From Zancudomyces culisetae HAW-14-8 (lineage: Eukaryota > Fungi > Kickxellomycota): a stretch of 64,000 bases of DNA. Positions 23,531 to 37,789 of this stretch are shown here, piece by piece. Made by a program: the position numbers and the translations under genes. Every line of letters starts with the position of its first letter. Within the stretch, counting starts at the first letter, position 1. Location of the stretch: positions 62,001-126,000 of the forward strand of contig JBNJNM010000022.1 in NCBI GenBank assembly GCA_052426225.1, given 5' to 3'. Under the pieces are notes generated by a model. That model saw nothing but the letters and a program-made list of their open reading frames with translations. It did no database searches and was not told the DNA's origin.

Positions 23531-23887
23531 ATGTATAAACGTGGTAATAATCCTGGCGTTCCTTACCGGACTGGTTTAAACCCAAACACTCCTGCAGCAT
23601 CTTATGCTAGTGCACCTGGTAGCAGTCCTGGCGTTCCTTACCAACCTAGTTTAAACCCAAACACTCCTGCGGAGTCTTATGCTAGTGCGCCTATTGATAA
23701 TCCTGACGCGCTTCACCAGGCTGGTTTAAACCCAAATACTCCTGCGGGATCTTATGGTAGTACACTCGAGACTAGCCACGACCAGTACGATACAACTTAT
23801 CATTCAGTACCTACCAAGCACGAAAATCCTCGAAAAAAACACAAAACAATATACCCAGTAATATTAAACCCGCCTGATGCAGAATGA
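23531..23887 (+). CDS. Small orphan Pro-rich protein with three 25-aa tandem repeats
   Basis: AAAATG start context, upstream TATAAATA (~23343), three in-frame 75-nt repeats containing LNPNTPAxSY. Confidence 0.7.
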   Translation: MYKRGNNPGVPYRTGLNPNTPAASYASAPGSSPGVPYQPSLNPNTPAESYASAPIDNPDALHQAGLNPNTPAGSYGSTLETSHDQYDTTYHSVPTKHENPRKKHKTIYPVILNPPDAE

Positions 23888-24824
23888 CCGTAAAAAAGGT
23901 AATATCGCTTCTCCAGGATACAATTAAATTTATTCTAAATATATTTTTGTGATAATAGCGGATGCGACAAGTGAAGCAACAGCGAGCATGAAGGAGCCAC
24001 TTTGTCAAAGTGTGAAATGAGCCTTGTTTTTTATATATTGGAGCTCTCTTTGCAAACAGCCAGGTCAAAATAACCTTAATTTTCTCTCCTGGACCCCCGT
24101 TTCGGTTTTATTTATCGTCATCATTTTATACTCAAATTAAAGATGGAGGTTTTTTAAAGAGGAAACTCGAATTTTTTACAAAGTCTTTATATTTTTTTAG
24201 TTTATGAGAATAAACTAAAAATAGTGCGCAACTTGCATTAATATAATTAAACTAAAGGAAATGGTCAAAAAGGCTATAAAAGCAAATACCATCTACAAAA
24301 CCATAAAAGACGATATCTGCGTTTACTGAATTTTGGAAAATCCTCGTAAACTTGAACTGATTCTAGCTTTGTATTGTGCTTTTTTTATCTTTTTTTTTAG
24401 TGGTCGATTTAATTAAGCTTTGCAGACCCATTTACATTTACTATACTATTGTTGTTTGTTAATAGTGCAATATTAAACATGCTTTTATTATTTAACAACA
24501 CAAATATAAACATGAATACCTGGAGCTAAATTCTGAGTATACCATAAAATACCGATGAAATTCTTTAAATATATAGTAAGTTTCACGGGTTTCAACTTCT
24601 AATTAATCGTATGGTTTACAAGATCATAAAAAAGACTGTTTTCTTTAGAACAGTGGTTTATTTGCGTCACGGTGTTTAAATCGGAAATTTAAGTACACTT
24701 ATAAGAAAGTAGTAATTTACTTTCAAAAAATCTAAATTCTAAAAAGACAATAAATACTTACAATCAAAACAAATGTCGAGATATTTCAAACAAAAAAATA
24801 AAAGCAAAAAAAGTAAAAAGAGAG

Positions 24825-27800
24825 TTATCGAGAAACGTACAAGTGCAAAAACGTATTCAAGACAAACAGTTTTTGCGAATGGTTGAGGATGTCGAATTTG
24901 GTATGAAGTTCCATGGAGTTTGCAAAAGTATTGGTCGGGAAAGCCACCCGTCCTGAGTCACCACCCTGGGTTATTGAGTACGTTTCTAGATTACCGAGCT
25001 TAGTATTTTCGTTGTGAGGTGTGCTGCGGCCACTATTAAAAACTCTACCTCCTTGCAAGTTTGGTGAAGGATTCTCAACCAGATTAAATTCTTGCAAGTA
25101 ATTAGCATTATCGCTACCACCTTTCACTGGTGTTGGTTTACCAAGGTTTTCTGTATCTTCTGAGACAGATGTTGAAAATGTTACCGAATTGTATGGCGTG
25201 AGAAAGTCATCAAAAATACTCGATTTCCTCTGAGTAAAGGCCTCAGAGTTGTCCTTATATGTGCCGGATTCTGTCAGCACTTTCGGCTCTGCAGGCATAA
25301 CAAAGTCAAAAAGCGGCTTTTTCAACCCATCCGGTTTACAACTGACATTTTCTTCAGATTCATGTTGACATAGGGAATAGCAACAGTAGGTAATTACAGA
25401 TGATTTGCGTTTAGAGGCTTCACTCATATCTGAAATAAGCCCAGTTCCACTATTTCTTCCTCCCATAATTGCGTTATCTGCCACAGAGTGTGTGGTGTTA
25501 ACTATTATCATGGCCATTACCATATAAAGACCATATGAAAGAAGCTCATCAAATACATTCAGTAATAATGCTTTCCAGACAAAATATAACTTTTTATCCG
25601 AGAATTTCGGATCTAAAAATAATGAAGATCTGGGAGATTGGCCCATATCAGATTCGGTGCCCATTTCCTTGTTGAGAGATGCAGAGGACGAAGAGAAGAG
25701 GGCGGAAATGGATGAGCACGTGGCGAATATATGCTCAAATATGACCAGTATTTCGATCCCAGGATGTGTGCTTTTGCCCACTTGCTTGAGTAAATTGATA
25801 TTGTTAACAGAATTCTGGAATACATATAGCAAGTTACAAAAGTTTTGTTGTTGGTTTTCAGAGATCAAATTGAATAAAATATTTTTCCAAATATCCGAAT
25901 AGTTCATTGCAGGTGCGAAAATGGCGCTCGAGATATTTGGGGTTTTCAAAACACAAGCGCGGACAAACTGACCTAAAACATCGCCAGACCTGCCCTTATC
26001 CTCGGTTGGAGAGTTAATCGTTGTTGATAGTGAACCAGCTGTAATATTAGATGAAAAATATTGACTATCACCGCACTTGCAAATAGCGATAGCTAAGCAC
26101 AGACCATCGCTATTGCGAAAATCTGTGTCAGCGGAAACAATGGGGTGAAATTCAGCAGGCCCTTCTTTCGACAAATCTGATCCAATAAATCTATCTTTAA
26201 AGTTGTTATACATGACTTTTGCAGCATCCAGATGTTTTTCACCCAACAAAAAGAACCAACAAGCATCGAAATATCTCTGCTTGCTCAGCAACACGTATGC
26301 ATTTTTTGTCGCTGCTAATTTGGTCTTGGCACGCTCTTCGACACTACTACCTGTTGATGTTGATAGTAGTTTGGATATAAAGCCGTATATTTTACCCTGC
26401 TCAGAATGATTGTTTTGTGCCAGCTTCCAGATCTGCAGTAATAGCTGCTTGCGACCAATCAGCGTATAAAACAACGAAGCAATCGTCAAGTGCTCTTTGT
26501 ACCCATCGTCATCTCCCTTTTTGAGACACTGATGAGCAGCTGAATACTCATTCCTGGCACACAACTCAATCAACCCAACAAACTTGCTCTGATCATTAAG
26601 CCATAGCGGAATTCCTAAATTGCGTGCCATTTCCCAGCTGACTTTTGTCAGCTCACTTCCATGAAAGCCATCAATCTCATTTACGTACTGAAGGTATATC
26701 TTCATGGCACTTTCATACACCAAATTCTGTGTGTTGCTAAGTCTTGCAAACGAAAACTCCTTATATCTAACTAACCGGTCCCTGGGAAATTTTCTAAGAA
26801 TGTTTATTTGAAGCATCAACAGATAATAGAAGCCCATAGAATCAACCAACGTATATATTCCCTGTAGATGACCCAATGCCAAAACAATTGTTCTCAAATC
26901 TTCGAGCTCCTGGACGTTGTACTCTGAGTTTTCCAATTTTAAGAGTATTCCACATATTTTTCTAGCAAGCTCCAAATCTAATTGACCATGAACGACGTCT
27001 TCGTCTTCAGATATATTGTTTTTCTCATCATCTAACCCAAGCTTTTCGCTGGAATCACCAAAAAAATTGTCTCCATCATCAACATCATCAGCCCCAAATG
27101 AAAATGTTCTTGATCTTACACTTTTTGCTTTCTTTTTTAGCTCTGCTTTTCTAAGTTCGCTATAGCTACTGAACCCACAAAACTCAGAGCTTATAATCGA
27201 CTCAATCTCTGATAAATCCAACATCTCAAAATACGACGACATGTTAAACGTTGCTGATTTGTCTCTACGATGTTTTTGTTGTAAAAATAAACCAAAATCG
27301 TAGAGCATCTTGTATACTACTTCAGTTTTTCCTAAAATTACTAGGCTCCTTATAAACTCGTAATGAATTTTATAAGAATAGTCACTTTCTTTGTTGTCCA
27401 CCTTATAATACCCAAAATTTGCCCTTTTGAGCTCCTGGCTCATATAGCTCCTCATATCCATTTGTTTACCACCTGCATTATACATCAATGGGACTTTTAC
27501 AATTTCACCGATTCCTCCAATTGCAAGCGATATTGGGCGATTCAAAGAAAGTCCATCACTAGCACTCCCTTCACCAAAAATTGTAAGCATAGAATCAAGC
27601 CCCGATTCTATCATATCAGAATCCCGCGTCTCCAATGATTCTTCAAGGGCTGGGTGTCCTTCTATATTCATTGTATGTTCAAATACCAATTCCCATTTAT
27701 GCACATATGTCCTGTACTTATGCGCATAGAGATTAACACAATACCTTTCTTTACTGTGCTCGTTACTTTCTACTGAACCATCTTCCCCTTTGTTCTTTTG

Positions 27801-30503
27801 GGTTCTACTTTTGTATACTATACATAGTAGGGGGAATTTGTTATTTATTCTGTCGCTTATCCGGAAAAACCGAATTGATTTTATCGCAGAACGTTTGAAA
27901 GCATCATTGGAAATTGTATAATAATTTCTTTGCGTTAACTTTTGATTTTTTCCCTGAGATCCAATATCTTTGTTAGCCGAAAGAAAGCCAGAAGTTTCAT
28001 AATTAATGATGTTAAATACACGAATATCGCCACTATTTAAACGTATTGCCAATCTAAAATATCCATCAAAACACACTTGCTCCACCCTGTCATCGGTAAT
28101 AACCTGCCTGGTGAAACTAATTTTATCCTTTTCGATGTTATCCATCTCAAATTGTTCCTTGATGGTTTCAAAGCCAGAGTATTCACGAATTACTTCTGCT
28201 ACTTTTTTATCAAGATTCAGCCTAAATAGTTGGAATACGTTTGTGTTTCTATCATAGTTGCTAAATACAGATTCTCTATTTGTGCTACTATTGTTATATT
28301 CTACAATATCAAGATTCGTATTGGTATTTACTGTAAATTCACCTAGATACTGTGCTAGTATACCTGGCTCCTTCACACACCTCCACACTTGAACGCACTT
28401 TTCCAGCTTGGAAAGACTTAGTACAAGATATGAACACTCAAAATCATACTTCATGATTTCGTTATCTGGATAACAAATCGCTAAAAAGTCACTACTTTTC
28501 CTCTTCAAGTGACCAAACTCATTTATATCCATGACGTTCATATCATATTGGGCATTACTTGCAATAGTGTATCTAAAAATACCAAGATCTGTAGCTACAA
28601 TGACTTCGTCCTGATTTGGCGCTATGTGCATACTTTTGATTTGTGCATATTTTGTTTCATAAAGTGGTACTGAGTGTGATATAATAACATCGCTATCATG
28701 GCGGAGGCGATTCCAGTAATATATAGTGTTTTTTTTATCAGCTGCTAGTAATACGCCCTTCGTTCCTCCTACAACGCGCATTACGGCGTCATTTCCGTTC
28801 TCAAACCCATCTATAACTTTTTCCAACTTCAAGGGCTCAAACGCCTCCTCATCTCCCTGCTTCAACTTTTTTTGTGTAGAAAACACAAATAATCTTCCGT
28901 ATTTATCACTTACCATGACATAAAACAGTGTATCGGATACTCTCACCACTTTTGTCTTTAACTCTTGTCCCTCTAAATTCAGTTGCCCAGCAAAATCTTT
29001 CGATTGCTCAGTAAAAATGTAAAACGTGGTCTTTGGTAGATTAAAATGTGCTTTTCTCTGAATCACCCATCCACTCAATACACCACCTTCATGCAACCTG
29101 TACAGGATTTTTTTCTCTGCTTTATTCGAATTAGTACTGTTATTCCCGACATCCACTTTTCCTGTTTGATTAAGCTGCCTCAATTTTAGTAATTTTGATT
29201 TATTAGTTCGAGATAGGTAATTTATAGTTAGCATTGGGTAGTATCCCACAGGATCCATGCTCTCGACTTCGCTAAGTTCCTTCTTATTCCCCTTTTCGTC
29301 AATTCCAAACCCACCCCACCCTCTTATTTTACCGTCTTCACAGATCGTACAAATCTCTGATTGAAACTTTCTCGCATGGTCCTCCATCCAAAATATCTCG
29401 TTTACTCCTCGAGGGTGTTCAAGATATTGAAAGTTTCTTTTACCTACTCCTGTCTTGCTCCACAGCTTGGGATACCTATCTGCCTTCCCTAATGTGATGA
29501 ATAAATCCTGACACCGTGCAACCACAATTTTTTCAATTTTTTGACTCAGTCTATTTACAGTTATGTATACTTAGTTACCTATCAACGTTTCTGTAAGTTA
29601 CTAAATGATAGAGTAGTCAAAATTTCCATAAAATTTTCTTACTGTTCACTCCAAACCTGTACATATCTCCCTTCACCTGTACCATCTCCACTTTCATCTC
29701 CACTCTCAAATTGGTATTCGCTAATGTTATTTCCTGAGGTTATGAATATTGTGTTTTCCACTATCCGAGTCAATATTGATACATTATGTTTAATTGTTAA
29801 TTGACTTGATTATTTTAATGATTTATTATGTACGTGTAGTGTAATAAAACATATAGAAACCGCCATCAGTCTGAAATATTACTTTATCTAGTACACTTAC
29901 AGCTAGCTCCCCATGACATATTATCTATATCAGATTCCACCTCTTTTTCGCCCATCTTGAACCAGCTTTTGTCTTGAGTTTCGTATTGATACACTACAAA
30001 TATATTATCCCGTGCGACAGCAACTTTTAAACTGGTTTTGTTGACCGAAATGTGACGCCATGGCTTCTTTTCGCACTTTTTTCCTCTTTCCAATTTACAG
30101 TCTATTTCTATCTTCATGACTTTCCAGCTCGGGATAGATACTACTAAGAGATTACACCCGCTAAGATATAACTATTTATTTCGTTTTTTTCAGTATTTTG
30201 GTTTAATTTTTCGTTATTTATGAATTTAATGATTTAAATAAGAGTAGTCTCTTGAAACTTGTATAATAAAATGAATTTTAGACGTTAAATCCATGCTCAG
30301 CAAGACCCCTCTTAAATGATACACAAAAAATAATAAAGCTCAAGGCAAAAAGGAAATGATGTCCGCAATAAAATAAAATAAGTACAGACAACAACCTACT
30401 GTGATATTTTACTTACAACATATGCTACATTATTGCTTACTAAGGCCTTAAATGAACTATCCTCATTTACCCTTCCGATCAATAATAGCTTTTCGCTCAA
30501 CAT
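24825..30503 (-). CDS. RAV1: RAVE complex subunit Rav1 (rabconnectin-3/DMXL family), 4 exons
   Basis: Exons 30503-30417, 30171-29901, 29760-29643, 29550-24825 splice in frame. Rav1p_C motifs WEMARNLGIPLWL and AATKNAYVLLSKQRYFDACWFFLLG; WD-like N-terminus. Confidence 0.9.
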
Positions 30504-32377
30504 TTGGTATACTATTTGATGTTTAGTTCAAAACAGGAGGGTGGATCTAAATTTACAAGTTTTGATAGGTTTTTTTCTCTCAAAATCAGATTTATTTTAT
30601 TATCTGAATACGTGTTATTCTATCTTCGTTCCAACTGTTTAAAGTACTCCCTTAGTTATTATTGACTTCTATTATCGGTTGTTTGATCAAAGTAAAAAAA
30701 AAAAGTATTTATATTACAAATGAACCTACGATTGTTTAGGAATCACACATATACCATTCTAAATGTGTATATGAGTTTACTTTTTTACCTTTTTATTTTG
30801 TTTTTTTGAATTAGTGCCGTTTTTGGAAGCAGGATTTTATTATAAAGCTTTTACTGGAGTTTAAATCAATTCGCCGCATTAAAATTCTTTTTATCTTCAT
30901 TCGATAGTTTGTTTGTTTAATCTTGCAATCCACCAAACATTAAACTTTTATTTGCTACTTTTTTTATTTGCACAAAACAGAAGTCCATTGGTTTTGTATT
31001 TTTTTTACGCAGAGAGTTGAGGTAGACAACAAACTCTGGGCTTAATAGTCCTATTTTGTTCGAAATTTAAAGTTTTCAAAAAAAATTAAATAAAAACTTG
31101 TAAAAAGATGGGACGCAAATTACCATCCTCTTAATCCCTGCTTTGTGATATACAGTTAGATCATTCTGCTCATCAGAGCGCATTCCAGAGTTTTTTTTAT
31201 TTCCTAGTTACAGATTTAGAAAGTGTTATGTTTTCGTGCCTATGTGGTATTGGCAGATATTATGATGTTTTGCCATTAATATGATCAGTCCTTGTTTTTA
31301 ATTGGAAGCTTTTCTGTTAAAAAAAATAGCTAAAATAGAATAAGCATCCTCGATTTTCTCCATCTTGACGTTGAAGAGCGCCTCAAGGGAATTGGGTGAT
31401 GTGAATATAGGTCTCATGTGATATTTACTTGATAAATCCATCGAACATAAGCTAGGAAAATGGGGTTAAAATGCTGGTATCATCCAAGAAAACAAGATAA
31501 TTGTATGTCTGCATCACTCACGTGGAGATAAATTGGAGTATTTATTCGATATCCCTTTTCCTGAAGTTCTAAGATGAAGATAGCTGTGATGACCATCCAT
31601 AGTCATGGGTTGTTACTTATTTTTGAAGCCCAAACAAACAATCCTACCTTACTCCCACTCCCAGCTTACATATGCATTGTACAAATACCAACACATAAAA
31701 CAAAGTAGAGATAGGAAGGTTTTTTTTATAGAATAAATGCTTTTAAAACACAACTCCGACTTGATTTACAGTAGAAAAGCGCCTAATAGTCCTTTAATAT
31801 AACATTTGGTGTTGTATCGAGCATACAGTGTTCTTCAAAAAGAAGACAAAGGGGAGGCGAGATAGATATCCCCTCAAAGCAGATATCATACATCATTTAA
31901 GCTCTGTTTTTTATTTTTGAGCTCTTTTTTTGACTTTAACGATAATACGACTCTACCTTAAGATAAAATGGAAAAACTGAGCTTGCAAGTCCGATTTTCT
32001 AAAACTAGTTTATTTCTTTTATTTCTTATTTTTCTTTTCCAGTTCATTCATCTCAAACAAGTAGTATTATGCTGATGAATACTAATATTGTGCATTGCTT
32101 GATTAGTAATACATTACGATTTTTTCCCCCTTTTTGTTTCCACTCATGCTGTTTCACTGTAAAGCTATTCAATCCAAAGATTGCGTAAAATACAAAAAAT
32201 AAATGACAAAATCCAGGCAGACTTTCCAAGTTTACTTGGTTGGATTTTACGAGAGTATTTTTTTTGCGTATAAAACAGCTAGCCATACTTTCATTTGTTC
32301 TACTTATTCCATACTTTTAACAAAAAGAATATAAAACAAATTTGTTATTCTTAGGAAAAAACGAGTGCTTGTCGATA

Positions 32378-33563
32378 ATGTTTACGGGAATAGTGGAAAT
32401 AACAGGAACGGTTTTAAAGCTGGAGTTCATGGACTCTAGCGAATCAGGTGGAAATGGAGTTTCGTTGACAATAAAAGATGCAAAAGAGATTCTTAAAGAC
32501 TGTCATTTAGGTGATAGCATTGCTATAAATGGTACGTTATATCTCTTGGCATTAAATCTTTTTTGTTTTATACATTTTGTCTAAAAGTTCCAAAACTGTA
32601 TCCTTTTTTTATTCAACTAGCACCACAAAAACAGCTTAAATACATAAAATATAGTACTCAGCATTAACATATAGAAAACTTTTGACAATAAAAATCTAAA
32701 TAGGTACATGTTTGACAGTTACCGAGTTCGATGAAGATAGCTTCAAAGTTGGAATAGCTCCCGAAACGCTGGAGAAGACCAATTTGGGTAAGGTCATATA
32801 TCTTGTTATTGTTGATTCTAGAAATGCGCAGTAGTATTTTTTTTCAATCATTCTATTGATAGTAACATGTCATACTGCTCCATTTTGTTTTAGGATTGCT
32901 GAAAGTTGATGAAAAAGTAAATCTAGAACGAGCAGTGGCTATTGGGTTCAGATTCGGGGGTCATTTCGTCCAGGTATGAAACAACCACTTTTTATCGCTT
33001 TGTTCTATTTTTTGGTTCACTCGGCCAAAAAAATAAGCCTTTTAATTGTTTTTATGAAGGCCTCTATCGTAAAATCAAGTTTAATAAATCCTTGATTACC
33101 CAAGCCAAGTTTGATATACTCAATTCAGCCTATTTTACAACTATAGGGTCATGTAGATACCACGGCAGAAATAGTATCGATAACCCCAGATCAAAACTCC
33201 ATTTGGTACAGATTCAGAGTGGCTGATCCATCTCTTATGAAATATATAATTCCAAAGGGTTTTATTGCAATCGATGGAACATCATTGACGGTCTGTGACG
33301 TGGATGACGTCGAATCTACGTTTACGGTGATGTTGATAGCATACACACAAACCCATGTGATTATGACATCCAAATCTGTGGGAAGTCTGGTTAACATTGA
33401 GGTGGATATGCTCGGAAAGTACGTTGATAAAATTGTTGGTTCAACTATCTTTGATGACAGAAGCGGGACCGGAACCTCAAGATTGGAGCAAATGATTGAA
33501 ACAGTCATCGAGAAAAAAGTTAAGGAGCTGAAACCGAATGATAACAGGTCATCTAGCGAATAA
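32378..33563 (+). CDS. RIB5: Riboflavin synthase, 4 exons
   Basis: MFTGIVE start. Exons 32378-32531, 32704-32787, 32894-32973, 33147-33563 give GDSIAINGTCLTV, VNLERA, RFGGHFVQGHVD, KGFIAIDGTSLTV and VNIEVD. Confidence 0.97.
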
Positions 33564-34546
33564 TCCATCCACGGGTTCGTTTTTTTTTCTTTATTTTCAT
33601 TTACTGTTTTTTCTTTGTAAAACTTTGTTTATACATCCATTCACAATTTTTTCTACTACTCTATTATTTACATCGACCCATTACTTTTTCGGGCTTTAAT
33701 TCGATAGTAAAAGGCAGGTTGAATTATCTTTGAGTGGATGATACATGAAATTATTCTATCAAGTATGAAATGCGCCCTATGTGGTGATAAAATTAAGTTG
33801 TCAAAAGAAAAGCAGTCCATGCATTTAGATAGGTATTTGTACCATCAATGATACAGCCTTACCTTGTTGAGGATTATGCTACTTATTTCCAAAATTCCTT
33901 TTTTAGGACTTGACAATGAAAAACTTGATACAAAATATACTAGTGCTTAAATCTGATATGTGCTTTGGGCAGTCAGTATGAAAATGTCTAATTTTTTGTG
34001 TAATTTTTATGGCTGGTATATTCTTCCTGTTATTCATTCCTCATTGCTCTTTCTTCTTGCAGTTTTTCTTTATAAATTGATACAATCTCCCTAATAACAA
34101 AGTTAGTTATTATTTTACATTCCACTAACGCGTTGAAATGAAACTCACAGATTGGCTAGGGATGGTAGTGAAAGGACAGAAATACTCAATAAAAAACAAC
34201 CACAGAATAATAACAATTCAACTTCATGAGTACCCTTGTGGATACCAAGACCCCGATGACAACACTGGTTAAAGGAATAAAAGCAAGTACAATAAGTATA
34301 ATGGCATACTCTAATCTGTATCAAACTATACTGTCGTACCACAAAAAGGTTAGGATCTCCACCTTGAGCAAGGTATTGAGATCCCTAGCCAAGTTCAAAT
34401 AAATGATATATTTATTTATTAAAAGGAGCTAAGAACCAAGAATATAGGCAATATACCACTACCAAATGATAACTAAAAGTAAATGCTGATCTACATTCCT
34501 GAACAAAAACAAACATTCCCATTAAGAACGCAGAAAAGGAATGACC

Positions 34547-35422
34547 TTATTCAGATAATTTGTAGACGTTTCCGCACTCAGGGCAGCGATCGTATGGGTG
34601 ATCACGCTCAACCTTTATCCAGATCAACTCGTGGTCCTCCCCAGGTGGTCCTAAAATTAAGCACACATATATTTAGTATTTTCATTTTTTTTTACTCATA
34701 AAGAAAATTCGCAAAATTTGAGTAAATGTGTCTCCTCCTCCTCCCCCTCCCGTAAGCAAAAATCATTAAAGCTTGTTCAAAAATACTAAAAAGTAAATGA
34801 AAAAATACCTTGACATCCAATCAAGCGCCATGGAGCTCCAGAGGCGACAACTGTTGGCTCAGTTTTGGTTCCTTTTTTCATCAATTGTAAAGGCTCCATG
34901 TCAAATGGTGACTTTCCTTCAAGTGCGGCAAGGCGTTCCAGTCTGGCCATACCAGTGGCTTGCTCCTCATCAGTTCCGAATCTTTCTGGTGGTGCACCTT
35001 TTCCAACTTGGATATCAATCTTGTGATCATCTAATAGGATTAAAATTCTTTTATTCTGAGGTTTATTTGAAATTTGCATGTTTATCAGGCTTTTATCAAT
35101 CTCTTATTTTGTACTAGTAAAATGTGGACAATTCCATGCTTAATTTCATACTTGTAATAATAGAGAAACCCTTCCTCCAGATATTTAAATATACATATAT
35201 CAGGGAAACGAGTCAAATCCCGAATTACAATCGTGCTCATCAACCTTAATGATAGCAAAAAATTATTCACATTTCTATAATGAAAAGTACAAAGATGACA
35301 TTTAATGTTTACATACCTGATTTCATGACAGCGGCAGCTGAGAATGGGCGAAGTGATGTGGCTACTGCACTGCGCAAACCAGAAAGGTTCTTCAAGTTTA
35401 TTACTCGTTTAGTTACGTTCAT
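34547..35422 (-). CDS. COX4: Cytochrome c oxidase zinc-binding subunit (fungal Cox4 / metazoan COX5B), 3 exons
   Basis: Exons 35422-35317, 35030-34809, 34650-34547. Mitochondrial presequence, TDEEQATGMARLE, RLIGCQG, H...W...RCPECGNVYKL. Confidence 0.95.
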
Positions 35423-37789
35423 TTTCGAATTACTGTTATAATCAAATTATAAGTTTGATATATTTATTTATCTAAGCTACCCAATGCCCTAAAATAATAA
35501 ATTAAAGTTCCTACTTAGAGCTTGTAAAGAAAAGTTAAAAAATTAAAAATTAAAAAAATATTTTTCAGCGTTTTTTTTTCGTTTTTGTCTTTTGGTAGAT
35601 AACGTTGATATGAAATATTTACTGTCAATTCTGTTATTTCTTGCAGCTATCCTATAAAGTTGATCGTATGTAAATTGGCCAATTGATATGCTTGAAGAGT
35701 GTTTTTCAGACACAAAAAATCGGACCACTTATTGCAACTATAATTTCTCGATTTTCAGACAAAACTCCCAAATTCGGGCTAATTATTGAACAATACATTT
35801 GACTAATTTAGAACTCCGGGTTAATAAAATGACCTGCAACTTCAATTTCAGTTGATATACATAGCAAGAGCTTCAACCAAAATAGATAGCGAGAACCTAA
35901 AAAAAAAAAGAAAGTACTGCAACAGGTTTGTGTAAGGCACATAGTAAAAGACTGAGTTTTAAGCTATTATTCTTTTTACTGTACCTCTTTATGGCGTAGG
36001 CCAATCTCAGTCGTCTTGCAGAAAATCACATATTATTTACTCGTAATAATGTCAGCAGATTGGAAAATACGTTTCCATTAGCAAGATAGTGAAATAAATA
36101 TCATACTTCTACTTTCCTAGCACATAAAACTCTTATGATATATTTTTAAAGTATACCTTCAATGATCATGATGTTGATCCAGGACTGAGCATTGAATTTT
36201 CAGTATTTTAGTAACTAAATGGATAAACAATCTTTCATTTTAGCTTCAAAAAATAACAATAAAGTAATGTTTTTTATATACAAAAAGATAAGAAAACGAG
36301 AGAGGGGGGGGGGGAGGTAAGTATAGCTTGGTGAACAATTTTCATTATGGTATGTGTACATAGGTGGTATAGTTGTGTCTTCGAAAAACACTTTGTAAAA
36401 ATCTCAAAATTTGAGTTTTTTCTGGCTTCATGTATTCTTTTTTTGACTTTTTTTAATAGTTACTGGTGGGCAACTTTTTAAAAAATCAAAATAAAAGATG
36501 AATATATATATTCGAATAAGCTAGTATAATATATATCAATTCAAATAACAAAGAATTTAACAGCCAAGATTAGCTACTATAAAGGAGTGTATGATGTACC
36601 AAAATACATATTGGCTACCTACAAAATGAACTCCAAAGGATGAATTTGATATTTAAACATTGTTTCCAAAAGCAACTTCTGCTGGTGTTGGATGGTTTAC
36701 ACAGGTAGGTGGGGCAGTTTTCAGGAGTCGTTCAAAAGTGCGACCATAATATGTTATTTTGAGAAGACACCCTTATGACACGATTCCATAGCTCCACATG
36801 TCTCTAGTATAAGTTTTACCTTACTGATTGTTTGTCATTGGAATAAAAAAAGATAATAGCATTTTGTACCCATGAAGATTTGGACAATTAGATTTGCAGT
36901 GTTTGAGTAGAAATGGAGGTTTTTTCTAAAAAGATTGAATTAAAGTCGGGTTGTTTGTGGAAATTATAGAAAAACTGAAGCTGAATGATTGGACAAAAGA
37001 TATACTGATGAAATTGTGTTCGTAATTTTGAACTCCAAGTATCAGAGACAAAGGGATTGGCGCTATATTTAGCTCCAAAATACAGATTATATAGGTAGTC
37101 GTCAATATCTGTAGTTGAAAAACGAGCTTCAAACAATCGGAATTAGAAAGCATGTTTTACATGCAAAGATAAAAAGCATGTACCCCTTCGTTTAACCTCA
37201 AACTTCGAGACTGGAAGGACAATAGCGAAAAAAGAGTGGATGAGATGAGACCAGCCTATTTCACGAATAATTAGACTTATCATATGAATCAATGTACTCA
37301 TAAAGGCTCATACATAATAAATGTACCCCTGTGCTTTGTCAACAATGAGTTAAATGTATAGTTTTTTTTTTTACAAGAGTAATTAATAATTTGATATTAT
37401 TTTGAAATTGGCAAGAAAAGAATATTAGGTATACCAACTTTCTATTGCGTATAAAGCTAAAGCAAGAAATAAGACAGAAAATAAATATCTTGTTTTATGG
37501 CTGTTATGATGATAATCTTACAAGTCTGAAAAACAGAACAGATAAAAAAAGCTACACTTTTCTTTCTTTGATAACAAAAAACATCAAAAAAATAAAATAG
37601 AATAAAATATAACAATATCCAGCATAGTTTTTTTATATTCATAGTTTTGACTTACTACACTTGTACATACTTTTTGCAACACATATATAGCGTACATCAC
37701 TGTAATTTATAAAACTCTACGGATATTAATCATCATCCCTCACTAAAACAAATACATAACCATAGGCAGGAATAAAGACTAGGAATAGG

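Noticed and set aside
23531-23887. PAM2 motif or RiPP-precursor interpretation of the LNPNTPA repeats
   Set aside because: Lacks the PAM2 A-x-E-F-x-P residues, and lacks a signal peptide, KR-flanked cores and neighbouring tailoring enzymes.
31330-31620. Minus-strand frame interrupted only by TGA codons
   Set aside because: No recognisable protein family, redox motif or downstream SECIS; likely random or decayed sequence.
32598-32607. GTATCCTTT U12-type donor-like sequence inside RIB5 intron 1
   Set aside because: No TCCTTAAC branch site follows, and ordinary U2 sites already give the correct protein.
35085-35245. TGATGA...CTGA in COX4 intron 1 as a possible intronic snoRNA
   Set aside because: Box spacing is atypical and no antisense rRNA guide was recognised.
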